Shown here piece after piece: positions 46,589-57,980 of a stretch of 64,000 bases of DNA. The stretch is from positions 35,357,487-35,421,486 of the forward strand of contig JASCQW010000072.1 in NCBI GenBank assembly GCA_030264375.1, in the 5' to 3' direction. The translations under genes were made by a program, and so were the position numbers. The notes under the pieces were generated by a model. That model saw nothing but the letters and a program-made list of their open reading frames with translations, was not told the origin of the DNA and searched no databases. How positions within the stretch are numbered: position 1 is the first letter of the stretch; every line of letters begins with the position of its first letter. The DNA is from Carcharhinus longimanus. Its lineage: Eukaryota.

Positions 46589-49500
46589 TAAAGAGGCCTG
46601 AATTTCTAACATTGATGGATTCCTTTCTTAAATTAAGACAGAGGTACATAGTTACAATTGTAGAAATAACAATAACTAATTTCAGATTCTTCACTGTAAT
46701 GTTGCAAGACATTACTCTTCTGGAACATGCAGTAGTTTTTCTGTACAGACATTCCTCTTAGTGAAGCAATCTTTTCTTTACACTTTTTGTAGAACGTACT
46801 TTATTCCACAAAGATTGGTTATCTATGTGACATTCTATTGGTAATATTCGTCTAGAATCTTCAATCCAGCATTTTCTCCAAGACCTTGGACAAATAGAAA
46901 TGCTATATCAACAGCAACGAGAACAAGAGTTTCAGTAGCTCTTGTGCTTTTCAAAACTCTGTTTTCTTTGACCCCCAGGGGGAATTTTTCCCAGTCTCTC
47001 CCGCAAAGAAATAATCCACCTGCACTGGAAAATCCATCTCCAAAGTTTGCATACGAGCGATCTCGAAAAACGATTAACTTCATGTTATTGGGATTATTCA
47101 AATCTGGGAACTTCAGCATACAATTTACTATTTTTAGTTTTTTAAAATTTTATTCACTCTTAAGATGTCCTCCACCTTGGGAATTTTCATGACAGGACAT
47201 CAAAACTTGCATCTGGTCTTGCTTGTGTGCCTAATCAAGCAGTCCGATGAGACTCCTCAGCTATGCCATTTTATCTTCGATAGTAGCTTCATCGTTCTGT
47301 CTGGATCTGGTATGGCTAATTGTGATGAAACTGACATTGTCCAAGTAGGACTACTGATGTAGAATTACATCTGACTCACCCTGATTAATCTCTAAAACCA
47401 CATAGTTGAAGGCTTCAGAAACCTGACTGCCAATGTTAAATTTCTCCCATTTTGATTAATAACATTTTCTTCAAGTCATTAGTGCCTCCCCATAAAAAAA
47501 AACCAACATGCACCATAAAGATGCTCAGGAATTTTGTCTTAGCATGCCAACAGAACATGATTGGGTCCGCCTTCTGTTGTGAACACCCTAATTTTAACTG
47601 CCTTTACTGAAAAATACATTTGAGAAGCATCATTTAACCCACATATATTTATTTAATTTCTAGAGCTTCCCTTCTTTTCCTGATGCTTCCTCCAGAGTTT
47701 TCAAGAATACCTCCCCTCTTGTGCAGGTTACCCTGAAGGAAAACTGCTTTGATATCTATAGAATTCCAAGTGATTAAATAGCTAAAAGAACCTTCAAAAT
47801 CACCTTTCCAGCAATGAGTGAGTCTACTCTGATCTCTACATCCCTCAAGCATTCCTCAAATCCCCTAGTTACCAATCTAGCCTTGGCCTTATAGGGTCCA
47901 CCTGATGGGACTTTTCTGTACAAATTCATCTGTATAATTCAGCAGGTTGTCCTCTATCATCAATTTTTGAATTCTTTACAGCTCTATAATTCTTAGTTTA
48001 GCCTCTTTTATCGCCCTATCTTCTAGTCTATTAGTAGTTACAAACACATTCCCATCAAAGGGACTTCTATCCTCGTCCTCTGTCCGACTGAGAAGGCTCT
48101 TCATTTCCATGCTACACTGTCACTTCCCTTTTTTCTCTTGTTGTGACCTCCCTGGGCTACTTCTATCAGATTGTCTATTATAGATCCTTTCTAATGTACA
48201 TATCTCTTCCTCTTCCTAAACATAGCTCAAGTTAGAGTACTGATTTGGGAGCTATGTTTTCTTATTTTCCTCTCTGGTATTCCCTGCTGCTAATCCATGG
48301 CCTCACTTCTTGTTCCTTATCTTGGACACTTAGTCAATTTTTATATTTACCCATAGATTTCCCTGCTTGTTCCATTCGCATGGCCTCCCTCCAGTCATCT
48401 CAACACTTGGGAACCTACTTTTGGCAACTGATCCTTGCATGAGATTAGTTTTCCAACGTACTTCATGATCATGTATTTCCTGGGCTCTCAAATCCTGTCC
48501 CTCTGGCTCCAAATTGTAGAACTGGTGGATAAGCAAAACATAGGGTGCCACATTATCACCCGCTTTGTCCATGTTCTCAGAGTTTGAAAGTTCATAACTC
48601 AGCCCTATTACCTGTGAAGAATGTGCTTTTATAGTTTGATTCTCATATTGTATTATCATTTTCCTGTCACATCCAATAATTTTTCCTTGATCTCTCCATT
48701 TCCCAAGTCATTCTCTCTTATAATAAAAACCAGGTTACCAGAACAGAATATTCCCCAGGCCACCTGGGGAATATGAATACAGATTCATATTCTTCATCTG
48801 TAACTGCATCTGTAATGCCTTAAGATAAGGCATTAATATCTTAAAGCTCTCCTAATTATTTCAGCTTTGATAAAACGCATTTCTGCCAGCATATTGCACA
48901 TTTAAGTGAGTGGCAAAAGTAGAGCAACTAGTCATTACTTCAGCGCTAGAGGATTGTCATATAGTACTGAAGGCAATTTTGAATTCTGGCAGTATACAAA
49001 TTGGTATGGACTGTATCCCCAATCAACTGTCAGGAGTTTTTCACAAGTACTATCTATACCAGTGCCATTTATGACGTGCAGCCTGGTTGATCTGCCAGTA
49101 TTTAGTGTAACATTTCATCAATTATGGCATGGTTTATTTTGCACAAGCCATTGCTGAATGGACTTTCTGCAGTGGTGTGCATGACCATAATATTTAAGTT
49201 CTCACATATCACTAAACTCTACATTCAAAATNNNNNNNNNNNNNNNNNNNNNNNNNNNNNNNNNNNNNNNNNNNNNNNNNNNNNNNNNNNNNNNNNNNNN
49301 NNNNNNNNNNNNNNNNNNNNNNNNNNNNNNNTGCCATATCTACAAAATATAATAGATAAATACTCTGCTTCTTGTCCTACACCTTCCGGTCCATGGCTAC
49401 CACCTAATTAAATTCCAGGCCTAATGGGACACCTACAACTGGTGCAGTGGTATCTTTTGATATTTAAAACATGTATAATTCAGAGATGTGATCTGTTCTA

Positions 49501-49849
49501 CAAAGGATTCATATTCTTCATCTGTAACTCTGGAGCTTTAACTTTTGTGATGAGGGATGGGCAAATTGTTTATGCAATTTCCAGATAACTCTCTTCTGGT
49601 TAGCTACACTCTTAGCTCCAGAGGTTAACAACACTTCCTGAACTTCTTGATGGGAAACTCCTGCCTTCCTCAACAGAATACAATATTGTCCAGATCCAGT
49701 GAACTGTAAGTTCATCGCTTTGCCAAAGACAAATGCTTTGTCATTCTCCATGTCCAAACGCATCTTTGCTTTTTTAATCAAGGGCTAACAAGCAATAACG
49801 GTATGTAATTCTGAATCACATCAGTGCTAAGTGACACATTCCTCCAATT

Positions 49850-50162
49850 TCATAGACTCCAAACAGTACAGGAGGAGGCTATTCGGCCCATTGAGTCTGT
49901 CACGAACACAATACCGCTCTGCCCCTAATCCCATAACTCCATATATTTATCCTGCTAACCCCCCCGACACTAGGGTCAATATAGCATGGCCAATCAACCT
50001 AACCCTCACACATCTTTAGAATCTGGGAGAAAACTAGAGCACCCGCAGGAAATACATGCAGTCATGGGGAGAATGTGCAAACTCCACACTATGACCCAAG
50101 GCCGGAATTGAACACAAGTCCCTGGCGCTGAAAGGCAGCAGTGCTAACCACTGTGCCACCCC
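49850..50162 (-). mobile_element. HE1 V-SINE with CR1-type tail inside Copia pol
   Basis: Reverse head ggcagcagtgctaaccactgtgccacc and tail cagtacaggaggaggctattcggcccat. Confidence 0.85.
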
Positions 50163-52383
50163 AACATTCCACATGGGAGGAACACTCTCTTTAAAGACAC
50201 TAATATGTTATTGTCCATGAATCGAAAGCAGATCATGATTTCATATTCCTTGACTCTTTTTTACCTGCTTTGTCAAGCATTTCCAAATAACAACTTAGCC
50301 AATTGACTTCACACACTGTTCAGTTACAGGTACTACCTAGTACAGCACAATTGAATGAATCGGCAATCAAGAAACTCATGAGCCAATTTAAGTTTTTTGT
50401 CACTAGTAAAATACTTCCTTGCCTCTCATCTTTATAGTTTTCATCATCAGAACCATGTTTCAAATACTTGATTGATAATTTTTGGATAATTCCTTATGTA
50501 GTGATATTTAGAGTCAAGACAGAAACACCTAGTAATTCTTCCCCTTGTATTTCTGGGATTAATTTACTGTTGTCTATCACCCCAATCTTTTCATCTTGAT
50601 CTATAAATCTATTAAAAATACAACCCACCTTAGGATGTCTTCAAGCAATTCCTTCTTATACAAGTCCCTGCGATTAAGCCTCCCCTTGATTTTGAGGGTC
50701 AGTAGTCATAGAGTCCTCCGTTCTCTTACCAAGAACTTTCAACATCGTTCACCAAAATAGCTAGAAATGATTGTTTCTCCAAAAATATTTTTAGAATAGT
50801 GGTCATTTGTTCAAAAAGAGGATACACAGTACAAAATTAAACACCTGTCAAAACCAAATGATGACTATGTGATATTTTTATGCAGTCTAATAATTTGAAC
50901 TTGCTGCAACTGTACAGGGTACTGGTGAGGCCGCAGCTGGAGTATTGTGTGCAGTTTTNNNNNNNNNNNNNNNNNNNNNNNNNNNNNNNNNNNNNNNNNN
51001 NNNNNNNNNNNNNNNNNNNNNNNNNNNNNNNNNNNNNNNNNNNNNNNNNNNNNNNNNNTCCTGCTCCTACTTCTTATGTTCTTATGAACACAAGTACAGA
51101 TTCCAGAATTTCTAGATCAAATTTCTTCACTCGTGTGTAACCTCTCATCCATGAGATATTCTTCTATGAACTGATTGTCCACCTTCTTAAATTGATCAAA
51201 TATTGACCATGCCTGGTAGGCTTCTAACAATGCATCTTTTTGTAAATTCCCTCCACAAATTGGAGTGGAATCAGCAATCCCTATTCAGTATGTAAATCAG
51301 TTACAGTCAATTCCAAAAACTTTATTTCCAATCTTACTTGTTTCTGGTAAAGAGAAGGCCAAAGCCATACACCTTAGCTGAAGAAGTGATCTGAGTTTAC
51401 ATCGCCTCCTTGTTCTCCTATTGTTCATATGATTCCAATTCTAAAAAGACTGGTGGAGAATCATAGTTTCTCATCTTGCAGTACGATTCAGCCATTTCAC
51501 CTTAAAAGCCACTGGGAGCTTTACTTTGGTCAGAAACAGGGATTGCTTCTGGTTTTCTTCATCTTCCCACCTTAAGATAGAGGTCAATCCCCTGTGTACA
51601 TGTTAAACAGGTGAATACCCATTTCCCTAATTAGGCAAGCAGAAGACATCTTGACGATTCACAACAGTTTTATTGTGGTACTTTGGTTCAATACATACAC
51701 TGGTTTCCGCTCTACATTCTGAAACCTCTCCCTCTCCAGAAGCAGCTCTACATATAACCTTCAATGACCATCACTTGCTCTCAATTCAAGGTGTTTCTTC
51801 CCTCAGTCCACATTTGGAAAAATGATCCATTTGGAGATATATACCATTTTTTTAATCCATCAATAGCATCTTTTTTTCTCACAGGCCTTGATTCTAGCAA
51901 CATTTTTCTCTGCAGATACACAGTTCAGTTATCTCACTCAAGGAACTTCTGAAATGACTAGATTCTCAATTACTACTTTCAACACTTAATTATCCTAATA
52001 GATACTACTTAGGCAGTATGGAGATAAGGCAAGATTCGAGATGAGTTGATGTGTGTCTGCTATCATAATGAAAGGAGAGAGAGCCAGGTTGGGGGAGGAG
52101 ATCCATTTTAGCACATTCACTATATTCCTAAGTGCATCTAAATGCTTTGTGGTTCATTAAAACTGCTTTGGAAGCTTTACTTCTTCCTCCTCTCATATAC
52201 ACTATGTTAGAGCATAGTCTATCCATGGCACTCACAAAATGCTCTAAATTCAGGAAGAAACAAACAGTGTTACAGTCTTCACTTTTATGATTCTATAGAC
52301 AACACAAATTCATTTCTCCTAGTATTCTCTCACAAAAGGTTGACAAAGATAATGATAAAGGCTATAACTATGAAGGATTTAGT

Positions 52384-52389
52384 TTTATT
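52384..52389 (-). promoter_or_regulatory. Candidate ITFG2 poly(A) signal
   Basis: tttatt on the + strand (AATAAA on -), about 280 nt downstream of the ITFG2 stop. Confidence 0.45.
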
Positions 52390-52667
52390 TTTGCACACTA
52401 TGTTAAAACATTCTTTTAAATCCCCATGCTTTTTTTGCACATTGATTAGACAGGGGAATAAATATGGTTAAGTTATCACACAATCAATACACTATTGTTC
52501 AGAGATAGTTATTGATTGTTCACCCGTAAGTCTTCGGATGCCTCAAAATGAGGTGTAGCCTGTTCTGTTGGCTTCCCAACCTAGATAATAAAAAACTTAC
52601 ATTCTTTGCTTTTTCCCCCCAAATAGTTTGAGGTCGATCAGGTAGTTCCAGTTTAACAAAGTCTACG

Positions 52668-52762
52668 TTATTTATCCCTCCTTGTGGTCATGTCCCGAAG
52701 TTGGTCAGGGAAGTACAGTGTCTCATGTATCAGGGTTTGGATGGCACTACTGTTATTTATAT
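52668..52762 (-). CDS. ITFG2: ITFG2 terminal coding exon (TAA at 52670-52668)
   Basis: Minus strand ctcttatgtatttcag acceptor, phase 1 matching the upstream exon. Encodes (D)INNSSAIQTLIHETLYFPDQLRDMTTRRDK*; recalled human has [21 protein letters not shown]. Confidence 0.9.
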
Positions 52763-53009
52763 CTGAAATACATAAGAGACAGGAGAATTAATAATTTCTG
52801 ATATAATTTCTTTAATTTGCTTCTCATACTGTTTCAGAAAGACAGCCATTTCAAAATGACAATGATCAATTTTTTGGTCATATAATTCTAGGCTGCTAGA
52901 TTAAAATCGGATATCAACATAAACCCCACCCAACACTGTAAATCCATAAACTAGTTTCTGGACCAACATTCAAGGAAGCAAAAATTGTCCAATGATTAGC
53001 CCCAATATT

Positions 53010-53455
53010 ACAAGATGAGTGGGAAAGCAAATTGCATGGAGGACGCAAAAAGTCTGCCGAGAGATTTGGATAGGCTGAGTGAGTGGGCGAAGATCGGGCA
53101 GATGGAATATAACATTGGCAAGTGTGAGGTTATCCACTTTGGAAGGAATAATAGTAAAATGGACTATTATTTAAATGGTGAAAANNNNNNNNNNNNNNNN
53201 NNNNNNNNNNNNNNNNNNNNNNNNNNNNNNNNNNNNNNNNNNNNNNNNNNNNNNNNNNNNNNNNNNNNNNNNNNNNNNNNNNNNGTTTAAGTCACAGGTA
53301 GATAGATTTCTGATCAATAAGGGAATTAAGGGTTATGGGGAGCAGGCAGGTAAGTGGAACTGAACCACTTTCAGATCAGCCACGATCTTATCGAATGGCA
53401 GGGCAGGCTCGAAGGGCTAGATGGCCTACTCCTGCTCCTATTTCTTATGTTCTTA
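53010..53455 (+). mobile_element. Young CR1 3' fragment with gap, in the last ITFG2 intron
   Basis: RDLDRLSEWAKIGQMEYNIGKCEVIHFG, then FKSQVDRFLINKGIKGYGEQAGKW and tail cctactcctgctcctatttcttatgttctta. Confidence 0.9.
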
Positions 53456-53799
53456 TATCTTCTGTGTTCCCCAAAATTAATTAATCACTGGGAATTTGAG
53501 AGGATAGATGCCTATCCAATTGGAATTTGCATAATCCTGTGCATTCCTTGGATAAAGACACATGGAAGACAGGTACTAAGGGAATGAGCAAAGTGATTTG
53601 TTGACCTTTGTAAACAATATGGTATGCTTTGATTTCTAAATGTGGTTTGGAATGTTTATTTTGAATGGGCTTTTATTTTGCATTATAGCCATATAGCGGA
53701 CAATACAGAAGAAAGACAAGTTGTAAGATAGTTGGGAAATGAGGAATGGGATGATGTTCACTGGAATCTCAGTCGGATGAGTTGTTCATGGCCAACCTG

Positions 53800-55100
53800 G
53801 CCAGAAAGAGATTGTCTCTTCCCTTCCTCCTCCAGTTTCTTATCCCACAGATAGTGGACCATGTATTTTGATATCTACTCTGTCATGTACTTCCAGCCTC
53901 CTCCAGAACACTGAAAGCATTATTTCAGCACCCATTTTTTTCATTTCATGTAGCAGCATGGCTTTCATTGAATGCATGTCTTTGACATGTGCCTGAGCTC
54001 TGCAATGGAGTCATCATGCATATCTTCAGCAGATAGCACAGTAGCCCCACTTTGATTTGTTGTGATAGCTCAAATATGGATGATACAGCACTTGAATGCA
54101 TGTCTTTGACATGTGCCTGAGCTCTGCAATGGAGTCATCATGCATATCAGCAGCAGATTGCGAGCTGATTTGTTGTGATAGCTCAAATATGGATGATACA
54201 GCAATTACAAATGAAGGTATGACGACTGTTGCCAGGATACTTGGCACTGACTTGTAAGATTCACTGAGTATTGTTGCACACTACCTGGACATTGAGGGAA
54301 TAGAATCCCTTCCAATTGCAGCAAATTGATGTATCTCTAACCAAAGGCATTATGTACCATGCTGATGGCTGCAATCTTCCCCAAGCTACATGATGGCTCC
54401 ATCTGTTGCTTTCTGCCAAGAGTGAAATGTAGATAGCTCTCTTTTCAGAAAGAAGGTCAAGGATATCCCTTAAGCAACTACGACAACAAATTGTTAGATG
54501 TTGCAAATATCTCCAGCTCCACCTCATAACAAACTCAGTATGTAAAAATTCATTGCCACGATCATCTTTATTGATAATACAATCCTCACTCTACTGTGCA
54601 GTCACAGTTGAGACTACAGCGGTTGGCATACTTCAGTGAGAATGTCCTTACTGAAGCAAATTCAGTTCACACACAACATTCCTTGCTGAGATTCAAGTAG
54701 AAGAATTGCTTTTGAGAAGTGCTTTCAGAGCACCTTGGGCAGATGTGGTCTCCTTCTGAGACTCCTTCTCCCACTCCTCCTTTCTAGAGATTTGTTCTGT
54801 TCTGTGCTGCGTGTGCTCATTCTTTGAATCATGCCTTATTCCAAGGGGAATACCCTGGAATGCATGCATGAATTTCTGGGAGCAACCGGTTAGTGCAGAA
54901 GCCTTGATATAAGAACCAAGTCTTTCAACATCTGTCAAAACACTTCTTATAGACTTTACCAACTTTAAGGAACTTTAGAAACCACAAAACATTTCAATTG
55001 TAGCAACAGCTTGTATAAATCAATCAACAACTAATAGGAAAGTAATTGATGATCCCCTGAAATGGTCCTGGTTGAAATTCTGCCTGAGTGTTCAGTCATG
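53800..55100 (-). mobile_element. Decayed Harbinger transposase
   Basis: CNWKGFYSLNVQVVCNNTQ*ILQVSAKYPGNSRHTFI matches the HARBI1-type RKGxHSLNVQxVCD...AKxPGSxHD motif. Confidence 0.75.
53968..54203. repeat. Two-copy near-identical tandem duplication (123 and 112 nt)
   Basis: ttgaatgcatgtctttgacatgtgcctgagctctgcaatggagtcatcatgcatatc...tgatttgttgtgatagctcaaatatggatgatacagca at 53968-54090 and 54092-54203. Confidence 0.9.
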
Positions 55101-56529
55101 TGTGATTAGCAGAGGATGTGAACTGGACAGGTGAATTTCAAAAAGGCAGCACTGGCATGAAACTGACATTATACACTAATTGTCATCATGATCTGCCTAC
55201 TCTGCATACCCCTGGCTCTCACCAGTACGGTATCCAGCACCAAAATTGAGTATGCATGCTTCAGATGCTGATTTAGACCTCAAAAAGGGGGCAATGCACG
55301 TCCAAATTTTGCACCTTAAAAGTTGTTTCTTTTTGTGCTTTATGAAGCAACTCTTAATTAATTCCTGCTGTCATGCTACTTTCTTCAAAATGAGAGGAAG
55401 ATTTTCTGATTATATACAACTAGTTATGCTTCTCTTGCATCAAGCTGTTTTTTTTGGAAAGTCTCACTTTTTCAATGTTGGTTGGTGGAAGAAAATGGGC
55501 CTGTAATTTTCCAATAAATTGTCCCACAGAATTTGAGGTTTTGCCAGTTGTGCACAGTCTGTTCATCTCTAAGATAGGTGAAGCTATCTAATGACCAACC
55601 TTAGGCCTAATTGGGCTTGGTTATCCTGGTTCCCTCTAACAGTGGCTACTATCTTAATATCACTAGGCCATTCCCATAACTGACACCCTAATTTGACTCT
55701 TAGCTTCAGTCCTCTGAAAGAGTAATAAGTTCTCCAGTTAACAGGATGAATCCTAATCTCTGCAGGCAGAAATATTCTACAGTGGTAAAACCTGCAACAA
55801 CTTTGTCAAGTGCTTTTAAAGCATCTTACAAGAACAACGTGCAAACTACAAATCAAGTTCTGGTCTCGCCCATTCCTTGCCTGAAAACAAGTTACCTATA
55901 CCCAAGTTTGTCTATTCATTTCTCCTTGCCATTCTTAATCCTCAGCCTGGTCAATCTTCAATAAGATGTGGGGTATTGAGAGAGTAGAAAAGACACAGAA
56001 GAGGATCACAAGATTAATACCTAGCTCACAACAACTGACCAAGATAGGTTCAAGACTTGGGTCTGCATACTTAAGAAAAGCATAGACTGAGGGACGATGG
56101 GACTGAGTTAATGAAACATTTTGACTGAATTGATTAGAATGGACCAGGAGTCAGGTTTAAGACAAGTAAGGGAAGAACTAGTTTGGACATCAGGGGCGGG
56201 ATTTTAAAGCCTCACTCAAGTAAGACTAGAAATTCCCGCCTGAGGTCAATGGACTTTTCCATTGTCCACCCTTCACTGTGGCGGCGGGGTGGTAAAATTC
56301 CGAAGCAGGTGTTTCATCCTTTTTTTGGACAATAGTGGTCCAATGAAACAGGTTACTGGCCCTACACTGAACACTGCAACACTGTATTCCTTGGAGACCA
56401 CGAGTTCTCAGATTATACCTCCCCTGGTGAAGTTGGAAAACATAGTTGGATGGAATGAATAAGATGCTATACCATTTACTTGAACAAGAGAAGAAATATT
56501 GATACGTTATACGGGGAATTTGCTTTTTA

Positions 56530-57980
56530 TCTGTTCATGGAATATTTAGTGGCTAGGCCAGCATTTATTTCCCAGCCCTAACTGCCCCTGAGAGGGTTGT
56601 GGTGAGCTGCCTTCTTGAACTGCTGGATCCACGAGTTGTAGGAATACCCACAGTGCTGTCAGGAAGGGAGTTACAGGTTTGTAGCCTAGTGAGGGCGAAG
56701 GAAAGTAATATTTTTCCAAGTGATAATGGTGTGAGACTTGGGAGAGGAACTTGCAGGTGATGATGTTTCCATACATCTGTTGCCTTTGACCTTTGAGGTG
56801 GTAGAGATCATGGGTTTGGAAGATGCTGTTGAAGGACCCTTGGTGAGTTGCTACAGTTCATTTTATAGATGGTACACATTGCTGCCACCATGCTTCAGTT
56901 GTGAAGAGAATGAATGTTTAAGCTACTGAATGGGGCGACAATTAAGGAGTCTCTTTTGTCCTGAATCAGTATATCAAAGCAGAAACTGGGTCTCTATCTC
57001 TCCCTCCCTCCCTCTCTCTACAACCAGAACTGAAGAAAGTCGCTAATCCCATGGAACAGATACTGCTCCAAGGATCTTGACCAGAGAGAGCACAACAGGG
57101 TGAACATTCTATTTGGGGCCTGCAGAATACTCAGCCCAGTGCCGTGTCGAGAGTTGCCTCGCATCTCTTGACAAAATCTGAGGCAATTTTGGGGGTTTAA
57201 CAACCAAGAGTAAGAGGACCCGGATTGGCTTATTTCCGTGAAGTCCAAGTGGAAGTACTGTTTGACATTAGCCACATGAGAACGTTTAGCATCGGTTGTG
57301 CCCTATTTAGATTCATTGCATGTAATAAACATACTCTTCCTATTAAAAGTTCAAACCTGTGTTGAATGTATTATTCATCATCGTTCAGGGTGGTTCATAA
57401 ATATATGTCCAGGCCTTTGACCATAAATGAGTGAGTTTGGTCGTGACCACTAAGGCTGAACAACCCTCACATGACCAGAAACACCCTAGATCGCATGTTG
57501 GTTTCCTCACCACCTGCTGAAGACCCAGTCTAGCATCTATGTCCTTTAAGACTCAGCCAGCTCAGTCAGTCATGGTGCTGTCAAGTCACTCTTGGTGATG
57601 GACATTCTGAGTTTCCATACTTGCTCCAAGAGTTCAACATAGATGAATACTGATTCATCAACTGAGGGGGACGATATGGGTAATCAGCAGCAGATTTCAG
57701 TGCTCATGTTTGACCTGACGCCATGAGATTTCATGGAGTCCAGAACTGATATTGAAGAATCTCAGGGCAACTCCCTCTGAGCTGTATACCACTGTGCCAC
57801 CACTCTGGTAGGTCTGTCCTGTTGACAGGACACCACACACACAGGATTGGTGATAGTGTTCTCTGGAACATTGTCTACAAGGTATGCTTTCACGAATACA
57901 ATTATGTCAGTCTATGGGGCAGCTCTTCCAATTTTTTGGCACAAGACCACAGTTGCTCCGAAAAAGGACTTTCTAAAGGT
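56530..57980 (-). mobile_element. CR1/L2-group LINE remnants (3' tail ~56530-56960; APE endonuclease ~57500-57980) split by an LTR-like insert (~56967-57450)
   Basis: Minus frame QQDRPTR(V/G)..TVVYS, EISWRQVKH and LLLIT..PPQ..ESV segments resemble APE. The insert has aataaa and ends ...ggtcgtgacca, like a Gypsy LTR end. Confidence 0.6.

Larger units (their letters stand above)
46120..51790 (-). mobile_element. Second decayed Ty1/Copia (GalEa-like) LTR retrotransposon with both LTRs
   Basis: LTR similarity between 46222-46350 and 51667-51788. Gag MRNYDSPPVFLELESYEQ*...GMALAFSLP (~51400). Protease SFNCAVLGSTC (~50340). KLHKQFAHPSSQKL (~49560). RT YKAKARLVTRGFEE and IDIKAVFLQG (~47740-47900). 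RNase H KLIVFRDRSYANFGDGFSSAGG (~47050). Copia order PR-IN-RT-RH. Confidence 0.85.

Noticed and set aside
46255-46761. 168-aa ORF
   Set aside because: Chance antisense read across an LTR and an HE1 SINE; no protein family features.
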